Source: an uncultured delta proteobacterium
Lineage (GTDB): Bacteria > Desulfobacterota > Binatia > Binatales > Binataceae
NCBI GenBank assembly: GCA_963724765.1
Contig: CAVRVY010000003.1
Span: forward strand, 448,001-512,000
Direction of reading: 5' to 3'
DNA: 64,000 nucleotides
Part shown: positions 32,542-41,728 of the stretch, piece after piece
Numbering within the stretch: the stretch's first letter is position 1
Layout of the letters: every line of letters starts with the position of its first letter
Notes under the pieces: model-generated
Told to the model about the DNA's origin: nothing
Database searches by the model: none
What the model saw: only the letters and a program-made list of their open reading frames with translations
Made by a program: the position numbers and the translations under genes

Positions 32542-34902
32542 ATGGCGGATTCCAGCAACGGCTCTTCCAACGGTTCTTTGCAGAAAAAAGACTTCCGGGT
32601 CATCGGCACCCGGCCTATCCGGCACGACGGGATCGAAAAGGTCACCGGGCGCGCCAAGTACGGCGCCGATTATTCATTCCCGGGGATGCTCTATGGTAAG
32701 GTCCTGCGCAGCCCCCATGCCCACGCCCGACTGGTCGCGATTCGCACCGAGAAGGCCGCGGCGCTGCCCGGAGTGAAAGCGATAATCACCGGCGCCGACC
32801 TTCCCGAAATTCCCGGCACCACCGCGATGATGGGCGAACTCGTAGTCAATACGCATTATCTCTCGCTCAACGTGATGGCGCGCGGCAAGGTACTGTACGA
32901 CGGCCACGCAGTCGCCGCGGTCGCCGCCACCAGTCCGCATATCGCCGAGGAGGCGCTGCGCCTGATCGAGGTCGACTACGAACCGCTGCCCCCGGTGATG
33001 ACCGCCGAGGCCGCGATGAAGCCGGATGCGGCGATCCTGTTACCCGAGATTCGCCAGAAATTTATCGCCGGTCGCACCGATCCCGGATCGCCCGAGGGCC
33101 CCGACCAACCGACCAATGTCGCCGCGCATATCCAATTCCAGCGCGGCGACCTCGAAGCCGGCTTCCGCGCGGCCGACTATGTCGTCGAGCGCGAGTTCAA
33201 AACCGCCACCGTGCATCAGGGCTATATCGAGCCGCATAACGCCGTCGCGCTCTACAGTTCCGACGGCCACGCGACCATCTACTGCTCGACCCAGGGCACC
33301 TTCAACGTGCGCACGCTCACCGCCACCGTGCTCAAGATGTCCGAAGGCGAGATCAAGGTGGTACCAGCGGAGATCGGCGGCGGATTCGGCGGCAAGACCA
33401 CGATCTATCTCGAGCCGCTGGCCGTGCTGCTCGCGCAAAAAAGCGGGCGGCCGGTCAAGATGACGATGAACCGCGCCGAGGTGCTGCGCGCCAGCGGCCC
33501 GACTTCGGGCACCTGGATCAAGGGCAAGATGGGTGCGACGCGCGACGGCAAAATCACCGCCGCGCAGTTCTGGATGGCCTACGAGGCGGGCGCTTTTCCC
33601 GGCTCGCCGTTCGCGCCGGGCGCGATGTGCTGCACCGCCCCGTACGACATTCCCAACCTGCTCCTTGACTCGTACGACGTGGTGGTCAACCGGCCCAAGG
33701 TCGCGGCCTATCGCGCACCGGGATCGCCCAGCTCGGCCTTTGCCTGCGAATCGCTGGTCGACGAACTGGCGCTGCGCTGCGGAATCGATCCGCTCGAGAT
33801 CCGTATCTTAAATGGCGCCCACGAGGGCACTCCGCAACCCGCCGGGCCGCCGTACAAACGTATCGGTTTCATCGAAACTTGCGAGGCGATGAAAAACAGC
33901 GAGTACTACCGCTCGCGCCTGGAGGGCCCCAATCGCGGGCGCGGCGTCGCCGCCGGCTTCTGGTTCAACGGCGGACTGCAATCGGCGGCGGCGGTCAACC
34001 TGCACAACGACGGCACGCTGAGCGTGGTCACCGGCTCGGTCGATATTGGCGGCTCGCGCGCCGCGATGGCGATGATCGCGGCCGAGGTGCTCGGCGTCGA
34101 GGCCGAAGACGTGCGCCCGATCGTCGCCGACACCGACTCGATCGGCCATACCGACGTGACCGGCGGCAGCCGTATTACGCTCGCCACCGGGATGGCGGTC
34201 TACGAGGCGGCCGAGGACGTGGTGCGCCAGCTCAAGGAACGCGCCGCCAAGCTGTGGGACAAGAAGCCCGAAGAAGTCGAGTTCAATCACGGGCGCTTGA
34301 GCGCGATCGGCAACGGCGTCAAGCCGATGACGATCAAGGAGATCGTCCCAAAGCTCGGCCGTACCGGCGGACCGATAACCGGCCGCGCCACCCTCAACGC
34401 CGGCGCGGTGGGCGCGGTCGGCAACGCCTTCGCGGTCACCTGCGTCGACGTCGAAGTCGATCCGGATACCGGCAAGGTGAAAATTCTGCGCTGCGCCGTC
34501 GCCCAGGACGTCGGCCGCGCGATCCATCCGGCCTACGTCGAGGGGCAGTTGCAGGGCGCCACGGCCCAGGGAATCGGATGGGCGCTCAACGAGGAATACG
34601 TCTACGACGAACGCGGCATCATGCGTAACACGGGGCTACTGGATTACCGGATGCCGACCTGCCTGGATCTGCCGATGATCGAGACGATTATCGTCGAAGT
34701 CCCCAACCCCAGCCATCCGCTCGGCGTGCGCGGCGTGGGCGAAGTCTCGATCGTGTCGCCGATGGCTGCGGTCGCAAACGCTCTCTACCGCGCGGTCGGA
34801 GTACGGATGACCGAGTTGCCAATGTCGCCGCCGAAACTGCTCAAGGCGATGCTGCAGCATCAGCGGGCCGGCGAGGAATTACATACCGCGGCCGCCGACT
34901 AA
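32542..34902 (+). CDS. Molybdopterin-binding large subunit 2 (paralog of 27878-30172)
   Basis: Same motif set including AYRAPG and RGVGE; long identical stretches with subunit 1; GAGG RBS before ATG 32542. Confidence 0.93.
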   Translation: MADSSNGSSNGSLQKKDFRVIGTRPIRHDGIEKVTGRAKYGADYSFPGMLYGKVLRSPHAHARLVAIRTEKAAALPGVKAIITGADLPEIPGTTAMMGELVVNTHYLSLNVMARGKVLYDGHAVAAVAATSPHIAEEALRLIEVDYEPLPPVMTAEAAMKPDAAILLPEIRQKFIAGRTDPGSPEGPDQPTNVAAHIQFQRGDLEAGFRAADYVVEREFKTATVHQGYIEPHNAVALYSSDGHATIYCSTQGTFNVRTLTATVLKMSEGEIKVVPAEIGGGFGGKTTIYLEPLAVLLAQKSGRPVKMTMNRAEVLRASGPTSGTWIKGKMGATRDGKITAAQFWMAYEAGAFPGSPFAPGAMCCTAPYDIPNLLLDSYDVVVNRPKVAAYRAPGSPSSAFACESLVDELALRCGIDPLEIRILNGAHEGTPQPAGPPYKRIGFIETCEAMKNSEYYRSRLEGPNRGRGVAAGFWFNGGLQSAAAVNLHNDGTLSVVTGSVDIGGSRAAMAMIAAEVLGVEAEDVRPIVADTDSIGHTDVTGGSRITLATGMAVYEAAEDVVRQLKERAAKLWDKKPEEVEFNHGRLSAIGNGVKPMTIKEIVPKLGRTGGPITGRATLNAGAVGAVGNAFAVTCVDVEVDPDTGKVKILRCAVAQDVGRAIHPAYVEGQLQGATAQGIGWALNEEYVYDERGIMRNTGLLDYRMPTCLDLPMIETIIVEVPNPSHPLGVRGVGEVSIVSPMAAVANALYRAVGVRMTELPMSPPKLLKAMLQHQRAGEELHTAAAD

Positions 34903-35078
34903 TAGGGAATCGCGCCCCAATTTCGCTTCAGAGAGATCGTTAGCGCCTGCCACGATGGCTGGCATCACCGATACTCGTGCGCTGAGACTGTCAAAAGCGA
35001 CGCTAGTCAGTTTAGGCTGGTTTTGCAGCAATAGGGCGTGATCTGAAGTTTTTGCGCTTCATTCCATCATAGAACCTA

Positions 35079-35192
35079 TTGCAACTAATTATAACTGGCG
35101 TACAATGAGGTCGCTGGCCGGGGTTTGCCCCCCCTTTTCCCGGTTGGCTTGGGGCCGGACGGCGCAAGCCGTTCGGCCTCGACTACCTCTTT
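35079..35192 (+). ncRNA. Candidate ~80-nt sRNA (C7-loop hairpin + GNRA hairpin) with sigma70 promoter
   Basis: TTGCAA-N16-TACAAT (35079-35106); stem 35113-35122/35139-35148 with C7 loop; 15-bp stem with GCAA loop 35149-35182. Confidence 0.55.
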
Positions 35193-35414
35193 GGCATGCC
35201 GCCCTCGCGATGTCTACGACGCGGGCGCTCAGGTTGCGCCGTCAGCGATAATTCGGAATTCCAAACTTCGCCGTACCAGGATTTCACGCGAGTGAACTGT
35301 GTAATTGACCGCGGGAATTGACTCGCGGGCAATTGACTACGTGGTCGCTGACCGCGATGCTTAGCTTCTCCATCGCGCAACCTGAACGATCGAACTCAAT
35401 GTCACGCAAGCAAG

Positions 35415-36287
35415 ATGAACGTCACGCCCGAATTCGTTAGCGAGGGCCTGCGGCGCGCGCGCTACATCACCAACGAGCGCGTGCAGACCGCGGTCTTTCT
35501 CGCGCTGGCGCTCGATAAGCCGCTGCTCATCGAAGGCCCTGCGGGTTCGGGCAAGACCGAAGTGGCGAAGGTGTTGGCGGAGATGCTCGGCGCCGAGCTT
35601 ATCCGGCTGCAATGCTACGAAGGACTCGACGAGGCCCGCGCGCTCTATGAATGGAACTATCAGAAACAGCTTCTGCGTCTGCAGGCCGATGAGCATCAGG
35701 GACTGCGCTGGGAAGACGTCTCCGAGCATCTGTTCTCGCGCGAGTACCTGCTCGAGCGCCCGCTGTTGCGTGCGATCTCTTCGCCGCGCAAAGTCGTCCT
35801 TCTGATCGACGAGATCGACAAGGCCGACGACGAGTTCGAGGCCTTCCTGCTCGAACTGCTTTCCGACTTCCAGGTCACGGTTCCTGAACTCGGCACGCTT
35901 CGCGCCCGCGAACATCCGGTCGTCGTGCTGACGTCCAACCGCGCGCGCGAACTCTCGGAAGCGCTGCGGCGGCGCTGCCTGCATCTGTTCATCGACTTCC
36001 CCGGCCTCGAACAGGAGCGGCGTATTATCGAACTCAAACTTCCGGAACTCGACGCGCAACTTGCCGCCGACGCCGCGCGCTTCGTCAATGCGCTGCGCAA
36101 GCTCGGGCTCAAGAAGCCGCCGTCGATCGCCGAGACGCTCGACTGGGCGCGCGCCTTGCTGCGCCTGGGCGTAACGCAACTCGACGCGTCCGCGATCCGT
36201 TCCGCGCTCGGCATGTTGCTCAAACACGAGGACGACCGCGCCAAAGTCGAAGCCAAAGCGGGCGCGCTCGCCGCGCGCCCGCGATGA
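35415..36287 (+). CDS. MoxR-type AAA+ ATPase (CoxD-like)
   Basis: EGPAGSGKTE, RLQCYEGLD, YEWNYQKQ, LLIDEIDK, ELSEALRRRC. Confidence 0.93.
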   Translation: MNVTPEFVSEGLRRARYITNERVQTAVFLALALDKPLLIEGPAGSGKTEVAKVLAEMLGAELIRLQCYEGLDEARALYEWNYQKQLLRLQADEHQGLRWEDVSEHLFSREYLLERPLLRAISSPRKVVLLIDEIDKADDEFEAFLLELLSDFQVTVPELGTLRAREHPVVVLTSNRARELSEALRRRCLHLFIDFPGLEQERRIIELKLPELDAQLAADAARFVNALRKLGLKKPPSIAETLDWARALLRLGVTQLDASAIRSALGMLLKHEDDRAKVEAKAGALAARPR

Positions 36288-37600
36288 GCACGCTCAGCGC
36301 CGAGTTGCTGCGCTTCGTCGGCGAACTGCGCCTGGCCGAAGTGCCGGTGTCAGTGGCCGAGACGCTGGACGCGATGCGCGCGGTCGCGGCGGCCGGGCTC
36401 GCCGACCGCGCGCGCGTGCGCGAGGCGCTGGCGGCGGCGCTGATCAAGGACGAGGCCGACCGCGAGTCGTTCGACGAGGTATTCGCCCGCTTCTTCGGCC
36501 CGGGCACCGGGACGGCCCGCTTCGCGGGCCGTCCCGGTGCCCATCAGCGCCTCGCCGCGGCCGCCGGCGGTGGCCGCGGCGAAGCGGGAGCGTCGGCCCC
36601 GACGCGCGCCGAGCGCGCGCGGACCGACGCTCCGCCCCATGGCGGCGCGCCTGCGAGCGCGCCGCCGCAGCAGGCGAGGCCTGAGCCGGAGGAGGCGCGC
36701 GCGAAAGCGCCCGCCTCCTCCGGCAACGATGCTCCGCCGCGCCATCGCGCGGCGGAGTCCACTGTGGAGGGGGGCGGCGTCCCTAAGGACGCCGCCCCCC
36801 TCCACGCGCGCGCGATCCAGACCGACGCTGGCGGCGAAGCCGACGAGCCTGGAGGGGACGCACGCCATCAGGCTACGCTTCGCGACGCCCGCTGCGCACC
36901 ATTCGCGCTATACACCGAGCTCGACTATGAAGCCGCGCGCGATGCCCTGGCGCCGCTCGCACGCCGCTTTCGCCTGCGGCTGGGCCGTCGGCTTCACGCC
37001 GCGCCACGCGGCCGGGTCGATTTCCGGCGCACCATCCGCGCCTCCTTACAGCGCGGCGGAGCGTTGGCCGACCTGCACTTTCGCGCGCGGCGCCCGCGCC
37101 ATGCCGACCTTCTCATCCTGGCCGACGTTTCAGGCTCCGTACGCTACTGCTCGGCACTGATGCTAGAGCTGGTGGCGGGCGTCCTCGGACATTTCCGGCG
37201 CGTTCGCAGCTTCGTCTTCGTCGACCGTCTCGCCGAGGCTGAATTCTCCGGCGGCCACGTCGTTACCGAGCCGACGCTGGATCTCTACGCGCGATCGGAT
37301 TTCGGCCGGGTGCTAAGCGAACTGTGGGAGCGGCGCTCGGAACTGCTCTCACGGACAACCCTGATGGTGATACTGGGGGATGGGCGTAACAATCGACGGC
37401 CGGCGCGAGCCGACCTGCTTCGCGATTTGCGACGGCTGTGCCGGGCCGCCGTATGGCTGATTCCGGAGTCGGCCGAACGATGGGGCACTGGCGACAGCGC
37501 CATCCATCAGTACGCGCGCGAGGTTGACGCCCTCCATCGATGTGCCAACCTGAGCGAGCTTGAGCGTTCGCTCGAACGTTCGATCAGAACGGTTTTTTGA
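36284..37600 (+). CDS. VWA-domain protein (CoxE-like)
   Basis: DFRRTIRASL, ADVSGS MIDAS-like, LGDGRNN, WGTGDS; overlaps ATPase stop. Confidence 0.88.
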   Translation: MSTLSAELLRFVGELRLAEVPVSVAETLDAMRAVAAAGLADRARVREALAAALIKDEADRESFDEVFARFFGPGTGTARFAGRPGAHQRLAAAAGGGRGEAGASAPTRAERARTDAPPHGGAPASAPPQQARPEPEEARAKAPASSGNDAPPRHRAAESTVEGGGVPKDAAPLHARAIQTDAGGEADEPGGDARHQATLRDARCAPFALYTELDYEAARDALAPLARRFRLRLGRRLHAAPRGRVDFRRTIRASLQRGGALADLHFRARRPRHADLLILADVSGSVRYCSALMLELVAGVLGHFRRVRSFVFVDRLAEAEFSGGHVVTEPTLDLYARSDFGRVLSELWERRSELLSRTTLMVILGDGRNNRRPARADLLRDLRRLCRAAVWLIPESAERWGTGDSAIHQYAREVDALHRCANLSELERSLERSIRTVF

Positions 37601-37709
37601 CCTCAGAGGCTAAATTTGTGCCTTTTAACCGCTTAGTGGTTGACATGCGCGCTTAAGGGCGTAAAAATGCGCGTGCGGATGGGCTCTGACCTCTCAAAGA
37701 CATCTTTTC

Positions 37710-38537
37710 ATGAGTAAATTAACAATCTTACGTCTGCTTTTAGCATCCGTCGTCGCGCTTACGCTGTCTATTGCAAATCGTGCGATGGCGCAGGCGACGC
37801 CCGCCGGCTCGGTGACCTCGCTCACCGGCGACGTGCATGTCGAGCGCGGCGGAACCACTGTGCCGGCCACGCAGGGCATGGCGGTTGATGTGGGCGACCG
37901 GGTCGTCACCGGCGCCAACAGCCGCGCCAGTATAACGCTGACTGACAACAGCCGACTGGAGCTGGACGAATCGAGCTCTCTGGTTATCGACCAGCAGATG
38001 GTCGGAGCCCACACGCGCAACACCAAGCTGAGCCTGTTCACGGGATTGGTGCGTTCATTCGTATCGTACACGTCGTCGCCGACCCCGAATTTCGAGGTGC
38101 ATACGCCCAACGCGGTTGCCTCGGCGCGCGGCACCGAATACGACACGTCCACTAGCACCCAGGCGCCCGGCACCATGAGCGAGGAAGATCGCAAGAAGTA
38201 CAAGGATTGCCGCCGGTTCACCCAGGTGTCTGTGTATGAAGGCACAGTCGAGGTACTCAATACGACCAACCCTGGCGGCGGATCGGTGCAGGTACCTTCG
38301 GGTCACAGGACGTGGGTGGTATGCGGTCTGGCGCCCTTCCCGCCGAGCGAGATCGCCGCGGCCGGTGCGGCTGCTGGGGCGGCTGCCGGTGCGGGCGCGA
38401 CTACCGCCAGTCTGGGTGGGCTGTTCATCGGCGGCGCTATCGTAGCCGGCGGTACGGTGGGCGGACTGGCCGCCGGCGGGGCATTCGGTGGTGGCAACGG
38501 TCACGGGCACAAGAAGAGCAAGAGCCCGGACCAATAG
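37710..38537 (+). CDS. Secreted FecR-domain protein
   Basis: Signal peptide; GDRVVTGANS, FEVHTPNAVASARGTEY, VSVYEGTVEV; Gly/Ala-rich C-terminal segment. Confidence 0.85.
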   Translation: MSKLTILRLLLASVVALTLSIANRAMAQATPAGSVTSLTGDVHVERGGTTVPATQGMAVDVGDRVVTGANSRASITLTDNSRLELDESSSLVIDQQMVGAHTRNTKLSLFTGLVRSFVSYTSSPTPNFEVHTPNAVASARGTEYDTSTSTQAPGTMSEEDRKKYKDCRRFTQVSVYEGTVEVLNTTNPGGGSVQVPSGHRTWVVCGLAPFPPSEIAAAGAAAGAAAGAGATTASLGGLFIGGAIVAGGTVGGLAAGGAFGGGNGHGHKKSKSPDQ

Positions 38538-38726
38538 CCTGAGCCCCGTCGCTCCATACATCGTCCGAATCTACGCGCACGCGACTCTCCACACGCACAA
38601 CCCGTCATACGCACAACTGAGCGCGCACGCGGACCTGGTACGCGTGCACCTAGACTGTTGGGCAACGGTCATGCACGGTTGGTCGTGGATGGCGCAACGC
38701 GCTAAGCTCTGAGTCGTTCGCCCGCG

Positions 38727-40970
38727 ATGGCCACGACGACAAGTGTCAGAACGCGCCGCCACCGGCACGCATGGCGCCCGCTGCTCATCGGGATCATCGT
38801 TCTGATCGCGATCTTCATCTTCAACGGGCTCCATCCCGCCGTCTTCGAGTTGGCCGATCTGAAGGCCTCCGACCTCAGGATGTACGTGACGCGGCGGCCG
38901 CCGCTGACCGGTGCGGTAGTGATCGCGGCGATCGACGAGAAGAGCGTCGCCGAGCTGGGCCATTGGCCCTGGCCGCGCAGTGTCGAGGCGCGGCTGACCG
39001 ACGCGCTGCGCTACTACAAGGCCGCGGTAGTCGGTTACGACGTCCTATTCAGCGAACGCGACGAGGACGATGTCCAAGCCGAGCAGATAGCCGCGCGCCT
39101 GAAGCGTTTGGGGATTGGCGACGCCGCGGTCGAGCAGACCCTGGGTACTGGCAATGACCTCGCCTTCGCCAACGCCGTAAAGCAGGAGGGTTCGACTTTC
39201 CTCGGTTACGCCTTTGAAAGCCACTTCGATCTCAAGGACGCCCAACATGTCCTCTCCGTCCCGGTTCCGACCGGCTTCAAGACTGAACCGATCGCGCCGC
39301 CGCCGCTCGCTTACAATTTGGTACGCGAGTTGCCGGGCGCGGCGCCGGTTTTGATTGCGGCGCGCGCCTACCTGCCGCCGGTCGCGGTGCTCAACAGTGC
39401 GGCGCGCGGAATCGGCTACGTCGATATCGAAGCCGATTCCGACGGCGTGTTGCGCTCGGAGATCGCGGTTATTCGTTTCGGCAAGCGCTACTGCGTGCCG
39501 CTCTACCTGGCGCTAACCGCGGCTTATCTGAAGAACGCGCCGTTGGGATTGGTGGCTGGCTCCGAGGGCGTGCGCCAGATAACGCTCGGCGATGAAGAGA
39601 TTCCAGTGGACGAGATCGGACGAATGCTGATCGATTTCCGCGGGCCGCCCGGCACGTTTCCCGCCTACTCGATCTCCGACCTCATCGCCCATCGCGTGCC
39701 GCCCGCCGCCGTGGCAGGGAAAATCGTGCTGGTCGGGATGACCGCGCATGCGCTCGGCGACCGCAAGGTCACACCGACCGGCGGCGACTTTCCGGGCGTC
39801 GAGATTCACGCCAATGCGATCGACAATGTGCTGCGCGGCGACTTCGTCAGGCGTTCGCGCGTGGAAGGTACCGCCGAAGAGGAGGCGGAGGCGCTGGTGC
39901 TGGTGCTCGCGATCAGCCTGGCCGCGGCCTATCTCTCACCGCTATGGTCGGCGGGCGCCGCACTGTGGGTGATCTTCGGCTTTTCGGCCTATGCACAGTA
40001 TCGCCTGGTGGACGACGGCGTGCTGATCTACGTGGTTCTGCCCCTGGCCTCCGCGCTTCTCACCTACATGGTGCTGGCCACTTATCGTTACATGACCGAG
40101 GGCAGCGAGAAACGCTACATGCGCTCGGCCCTCGAGCACTATCTCAACCCGGACGTGGTTGAGTCAGTGGTCGACGATCCGGGTGGGTTGAGGCTTAGTG
40201 GAGAACGCCGGCATCTCGCGATCCTGTTTTCCGATATCGTCAACTTCACCTCACGCGCCGAGCGTTTCGAAGCCGAGCGGCTCGTGTCCCTGCTCAACGC
40301 CTACATGAACGAGATGTGCAAGATCATCCTCGATTCGAAGGGCACGCTGGACAAGCTGATGGGTGACGGGATCATGGCGTTTTGGGGTGCGCCGAAGGAA
40401 ATCGAGAATCCCGCGGGCGCTGCGATTGACTGCGCACTCAAGATGCTCGAAAAACTCGAGAGGCTGCGCCAGGACGACGAACGCTTCGCGGACGTCAGGA
40501 TCGGCATCGGGATTGCCACCGGCGACGCGATTGTAGGCAACCTCGGCAGCGAGCATCGCTTCGACTATTCGGCCGTCGGCGACACGGTCAATCTGGCCTC
40601 GCGCCTGGAAGGGCTGACGCGCCATTTCCAGGTCCGTCTGCTGGTCAACCGCCAGACCCTGGCCGAAGCCGCCGGCAACTACTGCGCGCGCGAGGTCGGG
40701 CTGGTCAAAGTCAAGGGCAAGGAGCAACTGGTGCCGATCGTCGACGTCGCCGGGCGCGCCGGCAACGGCATCGACCCCACCTTTTACGAACGCTTCAACC
40801 GCGCGCTCGAGCACATCCGCAACGGCGAGGCGACCGCCGCGAACATGATGCTCCAAGCGCTCAGCCGCGAAGCGCCCGACGACGCGCTGGTCAATCTCTA
40901 TCTCGAAAAGATCGTCGAGGCGACCGACGGCCAGCCGACCGAGATGGTCTTCGAGTTCGAAACCAAGTAG
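38727..40970 (+). CDS. CHASE2-domain class III adenylate cyclase
   Basis: IDEKS..GHWPWPR, GVEIHA, 3 TM, FSDIVNFT, DKLMGDG, DYSAVGDTVNLASRLE (Lys/Asp pair typical of ATP specificity). Confidence 0.93.
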   Translation: MATTTSVRTRRHRHAWRPLLIGIIVLIAIFIFNGLHPAVFELADLKASDLRMYVTRRPPLTGAVVIAAIDEKSVAELGHWPWPRSVEARLTDALRYYKAAVVGYDVLFSERDEDDVQAEQIAARLKRLGIGDAAVEQTLGTGNDLAFANAVKQEGSTFLGYAFESHFDLKDAQHVLSVPVPTGFKTEPIAPPPLAYNLVRELPGAAPVLIAARAYLPPVAVLNSAARGIGYVDIEADSDGVLRSEIAVIRFGKRYCVPLYLALTAAYLKNAPLGLVAGSEGVRQITLGDEEIPVDEIGRMLIDFRGPPGTFPAYSISDLIAHRVPPAAVAGKIVLVGMTAHALGDRKVTPTGGDFPGVEIHANAIDNVLRGDFVRRSRVEGTAEEEAEALVLVLAISLAAAYLSPLWSAGAALWVIFGFSAYAQYRLVDDGVLIYVVLPLASALLTYMVLATYRYMTEGSEKRYMRSALEHYLNPDVVESVVDDPGGLRLSGERRHLAILFSDIVNFTSRAERFEAERLVSLLNAYMNEMCKIILDSKGTLDKLMGDGIMAFWGAPKEIENPAGAAIDCALKMLEKLERLRQDDERFADVRIGIGIATGDAIVGNLGSEHRFDYSAVGDTVNLASRLEGLTRHFQVRLLVNRQTLAEAAGNYCAREVGLVKVKGKEQLVPIVDVAGRAGNGIDPTFYERFNRALEHIRNGEATAANMMLQALSREAPDDALVNLYLEKIVEATDGQPTEMVFEFETK

Positions 40971-40996
40971 CCCCGCGCGCGGCGGCCGCCGCAAAC

Positions 40997-41668
40997 TCAG
41001 AGCACGACGAAGTCCTGCGTGATGATGAACGGGAACGGATGCGTGGTGTCGATGAAGTTGGGCTCGTCGGCGCGCACCGCGCGGTACTCCGGCGTGGTCG
41101 CCGATTCGCGCATCGCGGCGGTCGAATCGAACCAGACCTCGGCCACGCCGTCGTACGGGGGCTGGCGGCCGTCGCGATAGGCGGCCGGCCGCACGTGACA
41201 CTGCACGTAGCGCCGAACCATCGGGATCTTCGCCCCGAGCGGACCGTGCACGCCGCTCCAGTGGTGCTGGAACGCCTCGACCGACATCCCGGGCTTGCGC
41301 GTGACGAACTCGACTAGGTGCACCATCGACGGATCGGGCGGCCCGTCCTTCTGCACCCGTTCGTCGGTGATGACGAAATCGATCTTCGCGAGGTCGATAA
41401 AATTCGGCTCGTCGGCGCGCACGGCCTTGTACTGCGCGGTCTGCACGCCCTCGCGCATCGCCGCGGTCGAATCGAACCACACTTCGGCCACGCCGTCGTA
41501 GGCGGGCTCGCCGTTGCGGTAGCCCGACGGAATCGTATGGCACTGAACGTAGCGCCGCAGCCCCGGCAGCTTGATGACTATCGCGGCGTGTTGCGTGCGC
41601 CAGTATTTTCCGAAGTCGTCGACGCTCATCCCGGGCTTGCGCTTGATGAACGTAATCGTTTTGACCAT
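40997..41668 (-). CDS. Tandem EthD-domain protein
   Basis: Two repeats of RKPGMS...H...RRYVQCH...YDGVAEVWFD...DEPNFID. Confidence 0.9.
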   Translation of the reverse strand: MVKTITFIKRKPGMSVDDFGKYWRTQHAAIVIKLPGLRRYVQCHTIPSGYRNGEPAYDGVAEVWFDSTAAMREGVQTAQYKAVRADEPNFIDLAKIDFVITDERVQKDGPPDPSMVHLVEFVTRKPGMSVEAFQHHWSGVHGPLGAKIPMVRRYVQCHVRPAAYRDGRQPPYDGVAEVWFDSTAAMRESATTPEYRAVRADEPNFIDTTHPFPFIITQDFVVL

Positions 41669-41728
41669 GGGTGATGCCTCCGTGGGGGCTGCCGGCGTGC
41701 TGCGCACCTAACGGCTTGAGCGCCTCGC

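Noticed and set aside
27878-34902. Aerobic CO dehydrogenase annotation
   Set aside because: Active-site loop is AYRAPG, without the Cu-binding Cys of AYxCSFR
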